From the NCBI GenBank assembly GCA_963666345.1, contig OY762721.1, forward strand, positions 3,008,001-3,072,000: a DNA stretch of 64,000 nt. Direction: 5' to 3'. A program made the translations under genes and the position numbers. This stretch comes from Desulfatiglandales bacterium (lineage in GTDB: Bacteria; Desulfobacterota; DSM-4660; Desulfatiglandales; Desulfatiglandaceae). This document shows positions 38,820-49,354 of this stretch, piece by piece (position 1 is the stretch's first letter; every line of letters starts with the position of its first letter). The notes beneath the pieces were generated by a model. It was not told where the DNA came from. It made no database searches and saw nothing but the letters and a program-made list of their open reading frames with translations.

Positions 38820-40220
38820 TTAGGATATGTTTTGCTCTATCTCCCTCATCCATGTCCCACCCAGCGCCCTGTGAAGACTTATCCGGTCCAGTAGGAGTTG
38901 AGTCTTCTTCTGGATAAGGTCGATCTCCAGATTTTGAACCGTCAGGAGCTGGGTCAGTACGGGCAGATATTCATTGAGCCCCTTTCTGTAACGTTCCCTC
39001 GCTTCGGTTAGGGCGCTTTTGGCTGCCTCTGTCTCCCTTTGAAGCGCCTCTATGTGTTCTTTTTGTTTTGACTCGCTTATGAGTGCGTCTTCAACCTCTT
39101 TTATGGCCGTAAGAACAGTCGAGCGGTAGGCTGCGAGGTTCTCATCCGCCAGTGCCTTTTGGCGGTCCACCTCCGCTTTCCTTCTGTTTCCGTCCAAAAC
39201 AGGCGCAATCAGATTGCTCGCAAGGCCTATTATCCAGTTGTCCAGCAGAAGGTCGAGGCTTTGTGAGCTCAATTTTAAAGATGCCGTAAGATCAATGCTG
39301 GGAAGGCGGTCGGCCCTTGCCGCGGCAACCTTCCAGTCGAGCGCCTTAAGCCTCAGACCCGCGGCGCGGATGTCCGGTCTGTTTGAAAGGACATCGGCGG
39401 GTATCCCGGTAGGGGGAAGCTCCTGCAGGGTCGGAAGATCGTGACGATTGATTCCCATATCGGCATCGGGTGCCTTCCCGAGCAGGAGGGCCAGCTTGTG
39501 AATCAAAATCTTTTCCTGCGCCTCAACAAGAGGAATCTGGGCCTTGACCTTTTCCACCACCTGCTTTTGCTGGTATATGTCAAGGGCCGAGACCATTGCA
39601 TTTCTGAACCTGAGTTGTACCAGTTCAAGATAGGTCATGTTCGTTTTTAACTGGTCCTTGAGGAGCCGGTTCTGCATTCGCCGGGAGATGATGTTTATCC
39701 ACTGTTCGGTCACCTCGGCTGCGAGGGTCATTGCTACCGTGTTAAAATCCTCACGGCTCGCGGATGCCTGCAGTATGGCCGCCTCCTGCTCCGATCTTAT
39801 CTTGCCCCACAGATCGAGTTCGTAACTGCTCACAAGGCCGAGTGAATATTCCTTGACCGTTTGCCTTGAAACGGTTGCGCTTTCCCTCTTTTGTCTGGCA
39901 TGAGAAGTGCCGGCATTTCCGGTGAGGCTCGGAACAAGCGCGGAGCCGGCCTGTACGGCAAGGGCCTTTGACTGCATGAGCCTTGCCCAGGACTCTTTTA
40001 GAGACAGGTTTCCCGCAAGTGATGCCTCTATAAGATGGTCAAGCTCTTTGTCATTGAAGCTTTTCCACCACTTTTCGGGTTGAAGAGGTCCCTGGCCGTA
40101 TAATGAGAATGTCCCTGGCAGGGTCCCCTCAGGGGCGTGTCTTTTTTCGGCCTCAAAATGAGAGCATGAGGCGGTAATGAATATGGTGACTATTAATGTC
40201 AGGAGTCTTTTGGCATTCAT
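38820..40220 (-). CDS. Outer-membrane efflux lipoprotein (OprM/NodT family)
   Basis: Lipobox-like ITASC, WWKSFND, YELDLWG, RPDIRAA, ALGG. Confidence 0.93.
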   Translation of the reverse strand: MNAKRLLTLIVTIFITASCSHFEAEKRHAPEGTLPGTFSLYGQGPLQPEKWWKSFNDKELDHLIEASLAGNLSLKESWARLMQSKALAVQAGSALVPSLTGNAGTSHARQKRESATVSRQTVKEYSLGLVSSYELDLWGKIRSEQEAAILQASASREDFNTVAMTLAAEVTEQWINIISRRMQNRLLKDQLKTNMTYLELVQLRFRNAMVSALDIYQQKQVVEKVKAQIPLVEAQEKILIHKLALLLGKAPDADMGINRHDLPTLQELPPTGIPADVLSNRPDIRAAGLRLKALDWKVAAARADRLPSIDLTASLKLSSQSLDLLLDNWIIGLASNLIAPVLDGNRRKAEVDRQKALADENLAAYRSTVLTAIKEVEDALISESKQKEHIEALQRETEAAKSALTEARERYRKGLNEYLPVLTQLLTVQNLEIDLIQKKTQLLLDRISLHRALGGTWMREIEQNIS

Positions 40221-40717
40221 AAGCTTGAATTTATTTAATGGTAAAAATACTTGCGGGTTTCCGTCTTTCAGGTGAAAATTGAAAATCATTCATTATAGGC
40301 ACTGTAAAATTAACGTAAAAAGACATAGCCGCTGTTCAGGCCTTTTCAGATAAGGCCCGGTCCTTGACAATAACCGAATGTGCAGCATTAATTATGCCAA
40401 AAACCGGTAAAGCAATAACTACACAAAATACAACAATTTGAAAAGAAAATATAGTGAAGGCGAAAATCGGGTAGTGTAGAGAGGCAGGAAAGATTCGTCG
40501 GTTTTAAAAACATCTTTCGACACTTATGTCGAAAAGCATGGGCCTTTATCTTTGCCGACTCGGTCGGATTCCGGAGTCTTCTTCAGATAAGGTACTCCCC
40601 CCAAATGTTGATCCGTGAGTACGCCGGTCAAGAATATAGACCTATGAGATTGACTTTGAAACGTTTTTTTGCTTTTAATCCAGTGTGTAAGCATCCCTTT
40701 TATTATTGAGGCCAAAG

Positions 40718-41815
40718 ATGAAACAGATCCTTCGAAACTGGATGGAAAGATATTTTTACGACCCCCAGGTGTTTATACTGATATTTCTGCTGATCCTCGG
40801 GTTTGTAATTATTTTCTGGGTGGGCGATCTTCTGATCCCGGTGTTTGCGGGAGGTGTGATCGCGTATCTTCTGGACGGAATGGTCGTCAGGCTCAATAAA
40901 TGGCACGTCCCCCGGAACATATCAGTACTTGTTGTCTTTGTAATCTTCATGATTGTTCTTATTATCATGATGATGGGCCTTTTTCCTTTGATTTCCAGCC
41001 AGATAGGTCAGCTCCTGCATGAACTGCCTGTAATGGTCGAATCGGCAAGGAGCGAGTTAATGCTTCTGCCTGAACGCTACCCGGAACTGGTTTCAGCAAG
41101 TCAGGTGGAAGGATTCATAGGCTTTATCAGTTCAGAGCTTACAAGGCTGGGCCAGCATATATTTTCAATTTCAGTTGCATCCGTTAAGGGTTTTATTTCA
41201 ATCCTGGTATACCTTGTCCTCGTTCCTCTTCTGGTATTCTTTTTTCTCAAGGACAAGTTCAAGATCCTTCAGTGGATAAAATCGCAGCTTCCGGAACATC
41301 GCGGACTGGCAAAGGAGGTGTGGCACGAGCTGAACGACCAGATCGGAAATTATATCAGGGGAAAGATATGGGAGATCATAATCATATGGACGGCCAGTTA
41401 CATTACATTTTCTTTCCTGAATCTGGAGTTTTCCATGCTCCTGTCGTTTTTCGTAGGTCTTTCGGTCCTTGTACCTTACATAGGGGTGACGGTCATGTTC
41501 CTGCCGGTGGCCCTTATGGCCTTTTTTCAGTTCGGGCTGAGTGCGGAAGCCTTCTATATCGTACTTGCCTACACGATAATACAGCTCCTGGACGGTAATC
41601 TTCTGTCCCCCCTGCTTCTTTCCGAGGTAGTGAATATCCACCCCGTGGCAATTATTGTCGCCGTGCTCATCTTTGGAGGTATCTGGGGCCTCTGGGGCCT
41701 TTTCTTCGCCATACCCCTGGCAACCCTGGTCCATGCGGTCATAAGGGCATGGTCGTCCAAGCATGGCCGCAAAGAGACTGTTCCGGATCAGGGAAACGGA
41801 GGGAGTCCCGAATAG
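40718..41815 (+). CDS. AI-2E family transporter (PerM-like)
   Basis: FFFLKD, GNYIRGK, VPYIG, QLLDGNLLSP, IHPVAII, FFAIP. Confidence 0.92.
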   Translation: MKQILRNWMERYFYDPQVFILIFLLILGFVIIFWVGDLLIPVFAGGVIAYLLDGMVVRLNKWHVPRNISVLVVFVIFMIVLIIMMMGLFPLISSQIGQLLHELPVMVESARSELMLLPERYPELVSASQVEGFIGFISSELTRLGQHIFSISVASVKGFISILVYLVLVPLLVFFFLKDKFKILQWIKSQLPEHRGLAKEVWHELNDQIGNYIRGKIWEIIIIWTASYITFSFLNLEFSMLLSFFVGLSVLVPYIGVTVMFLPVALMAFFQFGLSAEAFYIVLAYTIIQLLDGNLLSPLLLSEVVNIHPVAIIVAVLIFGGIWGLWGLFFAIPLATLVHAVIRAWSSKHGRKETVPDQGNGGSPE

Positions 41816-41821
41816 GCTGCA

Positions 41822-42394
41822 TTACTTTTCCGATTCCGTTATAACCATGGAATTGTCTTCCCATTCTCCCTCTTCCGTGGTTCCGTCGGGGTAGGTCTTT
41901 GTGCCGAATCCATTTATCTTTCCGTCGTTGAAATCCCCTGTATAAGTCCATGATCCGGCATTAACAAGCCTTCCGCGGCCTTGAAATTTGTCATTTACCC
42001 ATTGCCCCTCATATATCGAACCGTCCGGAAATCTCCTGATGCCGGAACCGTTCAGTTTGCCCTGGCTGAACTCACCCTCATCTATGATTTCGCTTTGGGA
42101 AAAGGTCTTTTTCCCCCTCCCGCTTATTTCTCCGTCCCTGAATTCACCTTCATAGGTCCATCCTTCAGGTGAGGTATAGACGCCGTTTCCGGTCATCCGC
42201 CCGTTTTCAAAATTCCCCTCATACGCACCTCCTTCAGCGAATTTTTTGATCCCATGTCCATGCATTATGTCTTCCCTGAATTCCCCTTTGTAGACAGTGC
42301 CGTGAGGGTCTGTGAGGGTGCCGAAGCCATTCATCTTTCCATCCTTTATGTCTCCCTTATAAAATCTGCCGTCAATAAATACCTTCTCCGCCAT
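41822..42394 (-). CDS. MORN repeat protein
   Basis: Repeated YxGxFxxGxxxGxG units; GGAGG RBS. Confidence 0.9.
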   Translation of the reverse strand: MAEKVFIDGRFYKGDIKDGKMNGFGTLTDPHGTVYKGEFREDIMHGHGIKKFAEGGAYEGNFENGRMTGNGVYTSPEGWTYEGEFRDGEISGRGKKTFSQSEIIDEGEFSQGKLNGSGIRRFPDGSIYEGQWVNDKFQGRGRLVNAGSWTYTGDFNDGKINGFGTKTYPDGTTEEGEWEDNSMVITESEK

Positions 42395-42562
42395 ACGGTA
42401 ACCTCCTGTAAAAAATTTTATCGAAACCGGTTTAAATAATCAGTCATTTTCACTGCTGAAATGAAGTCTTTCAAGAAAATTTTTCAACCTGATTTTGAAT
42501 ATTTGACAAAAGTTCGGCAATAAAATAAGATAAAGGTGAATTAGCATGTATTTTCTGCTAGT

Positions 42563-42602
42563 TAGTGCTCATTCGGAAACAGCTGTTTCCGGATGGAAAC
42601 CG
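42563..42602. repeat. 40-bp ends-only sibling of the 31121-31278 element
   Basis: TAGTGCTCATTCGGAAAC AGCT GTTTCCGGATGGAAAC carries both terminal motifs around one hairpin. Confidence 0.6.
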
Positions 42603-42703
42603 GTTAAATTACAAATACTGCCTTATTCCTTTTTTTTTGAGGGGATCATTATCAGCCCCATTTCTCCGGGTGAGACTTGGGGTTTTTTTGAGGAGGTTCA
42701 GTA

Positions 42704-43105
42704 ATGAAAATCTGCCCATCCTGCGGTGAACCTGTAAATGAAACGGAAACGGTCTGCAGTGCTTGCGGACAACCGGTCGAAGGGGAGGGGGCGGTTGAGG
42801 AACTGGTAAAATACCGATCCGCCATGATAACGGGACTTGTTATAGAATATCTGGCTGAAGGGGCGATCTATCTCCAGAAGTCGGGGGTGTTTGATTACAC
42901 CCTTATCACCCAGCTGGGCACGCTTGCCTTTTACGCGGGCTTTTTAATGATACTGGTATTTACCTTCAAACTGACCAGACTGATGGGACTCAGCCTTGTC
43001 CTTTGCATTGTCGTGTCAATTCTAAACTGTTTCCTCCTTATAAATATCGGAATAACAATATATCTCAACGTCCTGTTCAAACGAATGGTAGGACTAAAAG
43101 TTTGA
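42704..43105 (+). CDS. Zinc-ribbon domain membrane protein
   Basis: CPSCG..CSACG followed by about 3 TM helices; GAGGAGG RBS. Confidence 0.8.
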   Translation: MKICPSCGEPVNETETVCSACGQPVEGEGAVEELVKYRSAMITGLVIEYLAEGAIYLQKSGVFDYTLITQLGTLAFYAGFLMILVFTFKLTRLMGLSLVLCIVVSILNCFLLINIGITIYLNVLFKRMVGLKV

Positions 43106-43160
43106 AATTATTTGATACCGGTTGCAGGACCGGATCTCCTTTTTTCCGGAAGGTATCTAC

Positions 43161-43835
43161 ATGAGAGTGCTTCTTGTCGAAGATGATCTCAAGATCGCCG
43201 ATTTTATCGTAAAGGGTCTCAAAGAGGCGGGCTTTGCCGTCGATCATGCGGCCGACGGGGAAGGCGGCCTTTATATGGCATTGAACGAGCCGTATGACGC
43301 AGCCGTCATAGATCTTATGCTTCCCAAACTTGACGGGCTCTCTCTTATAGAGAAGGTGAGGGCAAACCGTATCAATACCCCGTTGATCATCCTGAGCGCC
43401 AAAAGATCGGTCGATGAAAGGATAAAAGGGCTTCAGGCGGGAGGCGATGACTACCTTACCAAGCCTTTTTCTTTTGCTGAACTCCTTGCAAGGCTTCAGG
43501 CCCTGATCAGGAGATCGACCGGAACTTCCGAGGCAACGAGCCTCACCGCCTGCGACCTCATGGTGGATCTGCTGACCAGAGAGGTAAAAAGGGGCGGGGA
43601 GGACGTTGAACTTCAACCGCGTGAATTCTCGCTCCTGGAATATCTCATGCGAAACAGGGGCCGCGTTCTCTCAAAAACCATGATCCTTGAGCATGTCTGG
43701 GACTACAGCTTCGACCCGCAGACAAACGTCGTGGATGTCCTGGTATGCAGGCTCAGAAACAAGGTGGACCGCGGATTTGAAAAGAAACTGATACATACCA
43801 TCCGCGGTGTAGGCTATGTTCTCAGAGAAGATTAA
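43161..43835 (+). CDS. OmpR-family response regulator (CusR/CopR-like)
   Basis: VLLVEDD, DLMLP, GGDDYLTKPF, TNVVDV, TIRGVGY. Confidence 0.94.
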   Translation: MRVLLVEDDLKIADFIVKGLKEAGFAVDHAADGEGGLYMALNEPYDAAVIDLMLPKLDGLSLIEKVRANRINTPLIILSAKRSVDERIKGLQAGGDDYLTKPFSFAELLARLQALIRRSTGTSEATSLTACDLMVDLLTREVKRGGEDVELQPREFSLLEYLMRNRGRVLSKTMILEHVWDYSFDPQTNVVDVLVCRLRNKVDRGFEKKLIHTIRGVGYVLRED

Positions 43836-45216
43836 ACAGCTCAGAAAGACCGTTGGATTTCGCCTTATAATCTGGTACTCCGGCCTTTTTATCTTTGGTG
43901 CCCTCCTTTTTTTTTCATTCTCTTATCTGCTCCTGTCATCTTCCCTGGAAAAGAAAGACAGGGAATCGATCGAAGAAAGGCTGCTGGAACTGGAATCAAT
44001 ATACCGCAGTGAGGGGATCGATTTTCTTGAGCGTGATGTGAGCCAGGAGAAAAAATTCGTCAGGAAGATCTCTTTTTTTATCCGACTCACAGGGGGCGAT
44101 GATGACAAGCAACTGCTTGTGTTTCCCTATCAGTGGGCCGAGTTTGACATAAAGGAGCTGGAAAAGGTAAGGCCCACGAAAAAGACCATATGGATAAATG
44201 TCTCGGGCAGCGGTCCGGGAGGGGACCTGGTGGTGGCATCCAAGGGCCTTGAGAATGATTACCTGCTTCAGGTGGGAAAGAGCACCGGTGAAAGGGAGCA
44301 GATACTCGGATATTTTCGCAAGATTTTCGCCCTGGTCATGATTCCCGCCGTTATATTCGGCTTTGTCGGAGGAATCTTCCTGGCCTCCCGGTCGCTCAGG
44401 CCTATAAGACAGCTTGCCGAGGCGGTAAGGGGTTTTGCGGCCGGGAAAATGGATTCCCGTGTTCCCAGTCCCAATACCGGCGACGAACTGGACGAACTGG
44501 TAACGCACTTTAACAATATGGTGAAAAAGATAGAGGTGCTGATAAACGGCATGAAGGATTCCCTGGACAATGTTGCCCATGACCTCAGGACCCCGATGAC
44601 ACGGCTCAGAGGCACCGCGGAAATGGCACTCGGTCAGGGATCCGATGAAAATTCCTTAAGAGAGGCCTTGGCCGATTGCATCGAGGAATCAGAGCGCATA
44701 CTAAGTATGCTTGATACCCTTATGGACATATCAGAGGCCGAGACAGGGGTGATGCCGCTTGAATTACAGAGGGTAGGCGTGTCAGCGGCTGTCGAGTACG
44801 TACTCGATCTCTACGGCTATGTGGCGGAAGAAAAAAAGATCGATACAGCCGGCCTCTGCCCTGAGGATCTTTACGTATATGCCGATCCCCTCCGTCTGAG
44901 GCAGATCCTTTCAAACCTCCTTGATAACGGGGTGAAATACACGGAACCGGGAGGTAAAATCGAGATCGAGGCTGAGAGGGTGAAAGGTGATGTAAAAATC
45001 GTTGTAAGGGATACCGGCGTGGGAATAGAGGCTGAAGATCTTGATAAGATATGGGACCGTCTGTATCGCTGCGATGAGAGCAGGACTCAGAAGGGGCTCG
45101 GGTTAGGCCTTAGTCTGGTAAAAGCGGTTGTAACGGCCCATGGGGGCCGGGTCTTTGTTTCAAGCACTCCCGGAAAGGGCTCCATCTTCACTGTTTTACT
45201 TCCATCCAGGGACTGA
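43816..45216 (+). CDS. Sensor histidine kinase (HAMP, CusS/CpxA-like)
   Basis: Two TMs, AHDLRTP, NLLDNGVKY, DTGVG, GLGLGL. Confidence 0.94.
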   Translation: MFSEKIKQLRKTVGFRLIIWYSGLFIFGALLFFSFSYLLLSSSLEKKDRESIEERLLELESIYRSEGIDFLERDVSQEKKFVRKISFFIRLTGGDDDKQLLVFPYQWAEFDIKELEKVRPTKKTIWINVSGSGPGGDLVVASKGLENDYLLQVGKSTGEREQILGYFRKIFALVMIPAVIFGFVGGIFLASRSLRPIRQLAEAVRGFAAGKMDSRVPSPNTGDELDELVTHFNNMVKKIEVLINGMKDSLDNVAHDLRTPMTRLRGTAEMALGQGSDENSLREALADCIEESERILSMLDTLMDISEAETGVMPLELQRVGVSAAVEYVLDLYGYVAEEKKIDTAGLCPEDLYVYADPLRLRQILSNLLDNGVKYTEPGGKIEIEAERVKGDVKIVVRDTGVGIEAEDLDKIWDRLYRCDESRTQKGLGLGLSLVKAVVTAHGGRVFVSSTPGKGSIFTVLLPSRD

Positions 45217-45242
45217 TCCTTTTTTTTAAAAAAATCAGCCAA

Positions 45243-45260
45243 CCTTTCAAAATTGTAATG
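45243..45260 (+). promoter_or_regulatory. Possible CusR/CopR-type binding box upstream of degP
   Basis: CCTTTCAAAATTGTAATG resembles TGACAnnnnTGTAAT-type boxes; single imperfect match. Confidence 0.35.
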
Positions 45261-45434
45261 TCCCGGAAATGTGCCGGAAAGCTTAGGCACGTATCATACG
45301 CCTGGATCATGTCCCTCCGCAGTTTTTGGTAAACAAGCAAAGGCCGATGTCTGCGGACTATGCCGGGCAGGTCTGTTCAAGGCTCAGCGAACCATTCCAT
45401 GGAAAAAGTGAACAGGAGTTAAAGGAGAAAAGAC

Positions 45435-46880
45435 ATGTATCATGTTCCAGTAATTCGTCGACCCGGGCCAAAGGTCGCTATCATGGCGCTTATGATATCA
45501 GTGGTGCTGTTTCGGTTTTATGTATCGCCTGTTTTAGCGGAAAATAAGCAAGGCGCGATGCCCGATCTCAGGACCGCCATTTCGGATGTCACAAAAAGCA
45601 ACATAGACGCGGTCGTTCATATAGAGGTCACTCAGCGCCAGAGGATTATAAGACCTCAGCTCCCCTTTCAAAATGACCCCTTTTTCAGATATTTTTTCGA
45701 TCTCCCGGAAAGTCCCAGGAGTTACGAAAGGGAACTGAAAGGTCTTGGAAGCGGAATGCTGATAGATTCTGAAGGCCATATCCTGACAAACCATCATGTG
45801 GTTGCGGGTGCCGATGAGGTGATGGTGCTTCTGGCGGACGGAAACCGGTATGAATCGAAACTCGTGGGAACGGATCCCAAAACGGATCTTGCCGTTTTAA
45901 AGATAAGCGGGGAAAAGCCCTTTCCCCATGTGAGCCTTGGCGATTCGGACAAGCTCGAAGTAGGTGAGTGGGTGGTGGCGATAGGTCATCCCAGGGGCCT
46001 TGATCAGACCGTGACCCAGGGAATAATAAGCGCAAAGCACAGAAGGGGGATAAAGGATCCCCTCAGCTACCAGGATTTTCTGCAGACCGATGCCGCCATC
46101 AACCCGGGAAACAGCGGTGGGCCCCTGTTAAACCTTAACGGTGAGGTGATCGGGGTAAATGCCGCCATAGTCTCCCAGTCGGGCGGTTATGAGGGAATAG
46201 GGTTCGCTATCCCAAGCAACATCGCCGTTTATATCTCGCGTGCCCTTATTGAACATGGGAAAGTTGAAAGGGGCTGGCTGGGCGTAAGCGCGCAGGATCT
46301 TACCCCTGATCTTGCCGGATCGTTCGGGATGTCGAGTCCCAAAGGCGCCCTGCTTTCAGATGTCAACAAGGGTGGGCCGGCCGACAGGGCCGGCCTTAAA
46401 AGGGGAGACATAGTGGTTTCCTTCGGCGGAAAGGAGATAACCGATGCCGCTTCCATGAGAAACGAGGCGGCCATAAGGCCGGTGGAAAGCAAGGTGGAAG
46501 TGACGGCCCTGAGAAAAGGAAAGCGCAGGACCTTCACCCTTACCATCGGCCACAAACAGGAAAAGATGGCCTCCATGGAGGCTAGCGTATCCGTTATGCT
46601 GGGCGCGAAGGTTCGCCCTGTTACCAGTGCGGAGGCAACGAGATACAAGATATACGAAAAAGGCGGCGTGGCCATATCAAAGGTTAAACAAAACGGGCCT
46701 CTCGGCAAGGTTGGTTTTGAGGTGGGAGACCTTATATTGGAGATAGAGGGTGAAACCGTGAAGGGGGTCGATGATTTTCTGGAAAAGGCAAGCCGGATAC
46801 AGCCTTCTCAGCGTGTGACACTGCTTGCTCTTGATCACCGGAGGGGCAGGACGGGTTATGTTCAGGTTGTGATCAGGTAA
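45435..46880 (+). CDS. HtrA/DegP (Do) serine protease, 2 PDZ domains
   Basis: TNHHVV, DLAVL, QTDAAINPGNSGGPL, GWLGV. Confidence 0.94.
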   Translation: MYHVPVIRRPGPKVAIMALMISVVLFRFYVSPVLAENKQGAMPDLRTAISDVTKSNIDAVVHIEVTQRQRIIRPQLPFQNDPFFRYFFDLPESPRSYERELKGLGSGMLIDSEGHILTNHHVVAGADEVMVLLADGNRYESKLVGTDPKTDLAVLKISGEKPFPHVSLGDSDKLEVGEWVVAIGHPRGLDQTVTQGIISAKHRRGIKDPLSYQDFLQTDAAINPGNSGGPLLNLNGEVIGVNAAIVSQSGGYEGIGFAIPSNIAVYISRALIEHGKVERGWLGVSAQDLTPDLAGSFGMSSPKGALLSDVNKGGPADRAGLKRGDIVVSFGGKEITDAASMRNEAAIRPVESKVEVTALRKGKRRTFTLTIGHKQEKMASMEASVSVMLGAKVRPVTSAEATRYKIYEKGGVAISKVKQNGPLGKVGFEVGDLILEIEGETVKGVDDFLEKASRIQPSQRVTLLALDHRRGRTGYVQVVIR

Positions 46881-46920
46881 TAAAAATGAAAAATAGATTT
46901 GGTTTGGAAAGGAGAAAAGT

Positions 46921-48378
46921 ATGAAGACAAATAGGATCTTTGGCGGAAACAGGACTTTTTTTCGGGTATTACTGCTCTTTGCGGTTATCGCCTTTACAGG
47001 GGTGGCGGTGCTTTTTCCTCCGGCCTCTGCTCAGGCAAATACGGAGGCCTTTGTTTCATCGGCACCAGGCTCATTTGCCCCTCTGGCAGAAAAGGCAAGC
47101 CCCTCTGTGGTCAACATCAGTACCGTAAAGGTCATAAAGAGCCAGGGGGTTCAACCCCAGGTGCCGTTCGGTCCCGATGACCCTTTCAAGGATTTTTTCG
47201 AACGCTTTTTCGGGGGCCAGATGCCCAAGAATTTCAAGCAGAGAAGCCTGGGGACCGGTTTTATTATCGATGAGAAAGGCTACATAATAACGAACAACCA
47301 TGTCGTAGAAAACACGGACGAGATAAAGGTGAAACTCTATGACAAGACCGAGGTCGACGCCGAGATAGTGGGACGTGATTCAAAAACGGATCTGGCACTG
47401 CTGCGCATAAAGACCGATTCAAAGCTGACGGCCTTTAAACTGGGAAACTCCGACACCCTCAAGGTAGGTGACTGGGTAATGGCGATCGGAAATCCCTACG
47501 GCCTTGGAAACACCGTGACAGCCGGCATAGTAAGCGCCAAATACAGGCAGATAGGGGCCGGACCCTATGACAATTTCATCCAGACGGACGCCCCCATAAA
47601 CCCCGGAAACAGCGGCGGGCCGCTTCTGAACACCGCGGGTGAAGTGGTGGGTATCAACACCGCCATATATTCCAGGAGCGGAGGAAGCGTGGGCATAGGC
47701 TTTGCCATCCCCGTGAACATGGCAAAGGATCTCCTGCCCCAGCTTAAAGAGGGAAAAGTCGTAAGGGGGTGGCTCGGGGTGATGATCCAGAAGATCTCCT
47801 CCGAATTGATGGACAAGTTCGACCTGAAATCAATGGAAGGGGCCCTTGTGGCCGATGTCACCGATGACGGTCCGGCCGAAAAGGCGGGGATCAAAAGGGG
47901 GGACGTAATAGTCTCCTTTGACGGAAAAGATGTGAAAGAAAGCGATGACCTCCCCTATGTGGTGGCCAATACACCAGTAGGAAAGAAGGTGGAGGTAGAG
48001 GTTATCAGAAAGGGCAAGATCAGGACTATCGAGGTGAAGATAGGAGAGCTTGAGGAAAAGGCCCCGGCCCTGAAAAAGACCGAAACCGAGCTTGATATGG
48101 GCCTGAGCGTTGAAGAGCTTACCCCTGAGCTTGCGCGAAAATTCGGCCTGTCGGAGGAAAAAGGCATCGTGGTGGTAAATGTGGATCGTGACAGCCCGGC
48201 AGGGGAGGGCGGAATAATACCGGGTGATATCATCATGGAGCTTGACCAGAAGCCGCTTGAAACAGTGAATCAGTTTAACGATATGGTCGAGTCCTACAAG
48301 GGTGGAGACACAATCCTTTTCCTTGTTAAGAGAAGAGACTCAACCATCTATCTGACCGTTAAGATTGCTGAAAAGTAA
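46921..48378 (+). CDS. HtrA/DegP (Do) serine protease, 2 PDZ domains
   Basis: TNNHVV, DLALL, QTDAPINPGNSGGPL, GWLGV. Confidence 0.95.
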   Translation: MKTNRIFGGNRTFFRVLLLFAVIAFTGVAVLFPPASAQANTEAFVSSAPGSFAPLAEKASPSVVNISTVKVIKSQGVQPQVPFGPDDPFKDFFERFFGGQMPKNFKQRSLGTGFIIDEKGYIITNNHVVENTDEIKVKLYDKTEVDAEIVGRDSKTDLALLRIKTDSKLTAFKLGNSDTLKVGDWVMAIGNPYGLGNTVTAGIVSAKYRQIGAGPYDNFIQTDAPINPGNSGGPLLNTAGEVVGINTAIYSRSGGSVGIGFAIPVNMAKDLLPQLKEGKVVRGWLGVMIQKISSELMDKFDLKSMEGALVADVTDDGPAEKAGIKRGDVIVSFDGKDVKESDDLPYVVANTPVGKKVEVEVIRKGKIRTIEVKIGELEEKAPALKKTETELDMGLSVEELTPELARKFGLSEEKGIVVVNVDRDSPAGEGGIIPGDIIMELDQKPLETVNQFNDMVESYKGGDTILFLVKRRDSTIYLTVKIAEK

Positions 48379-48387
48379 TGTCCAATC

Positions 48388-48424
48388 GCGGATGGGCCCC
48401 TTGAAGGGGGCCCTGTCCGCTTTC
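48388..48424 (+). terminator. Rho-independent terminator after the degP pair
   Basis: GCGGATGGGCCCCTT-GA-AGGGGGCCCTGTCCGC followed by TTTT. Confidence 0.75.
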
Positions 48425-48500
48425 TGCTCCTCCCTGGCATCTTTCCCCTTTTACTACATATGTAAGCCTTTATTTTCCGTGAGTAAAATCACTCGAGAGA

Positions 48501-49160
48501 TCACAATAATTCAAAGTCTCTTAAGAATCGGTGAGCGGGCAGCATTCTTACCCCATCCCTGGACTTATTCCGTTTCAGCCTGTATACGATCTGAAAAGGT
48601 TTTGTATTCCTCAATTTGTCACGAAACCGGAACAATGAGGAAGAAAAATTCTCATCATGAATTCTAAGAGACCGCTTTGCAAACGTTTCACTATCTTTTA
48701 AATATGGTTCCGGAAATCCACCTAGTTTTATGATCTTGTCCAGTGCCGTCTCAGATTTCTCACCAAGGCATGCACAGATCTTTTTAACCGTCAATGGGTG
48801 CAGGCGGTAATAGAAAAAGCGTCCGGCCAGAGATTTCCCTCCTTTTCTATAGGTATCGAGTCTTGCCGATCCTGTAACAAGCAAGGAGGGAGAAATGCCC
48901 TCGGTATCATAAATACCCTTGACCCATGATTTCCATTTCCTCATTTTATCGAGTTCATCAAAGATCACCATTTCAGCATCTCTATCCCATTCCCGCGCAT
49001 GAATGATACGCCGGTCAGGCGAAGCATCGTAATTCAAACAGACATGGGAAGCGGTCAACTGCCTTGACAGGGTAGTTTTCCCCACTTGCCTCGGACCGGA
49101 AAGGAGGACGATTTTTTCCTTCAGGTCTTTCAGGATAAATTTTTCCAGATACCGTTCCAT
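48501..49160 (-). pseudogene. AAA_14/DUF4143-type ATPase with in-frame internal deletion
   Basis: GPRQVGKTT, IFDE, VTGSA, SLAGR, GGFPEPY, then a jump to a C-terminal-like tail; 219 aa, much shorter than typical family members. Confidence 0.7.
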
Positions 49161-49354
49161 ATGGCTATTATGAATAGAACTTCAAAAAAGCCAAGACCAT
49201 TATGAAGTAGGCTTCATTTTGGTCAGAAAGATGCCGGGGAGTTTACCACGCCCAATCTCCTCTCTTAAACTGCTTATACTGAGCTTATTTCAGGTTTTTT
49301 TGTGCTTTTTAAGTCATAAAAGGAGCGGATTGTGTTTTAATATGGAACGCTTCG

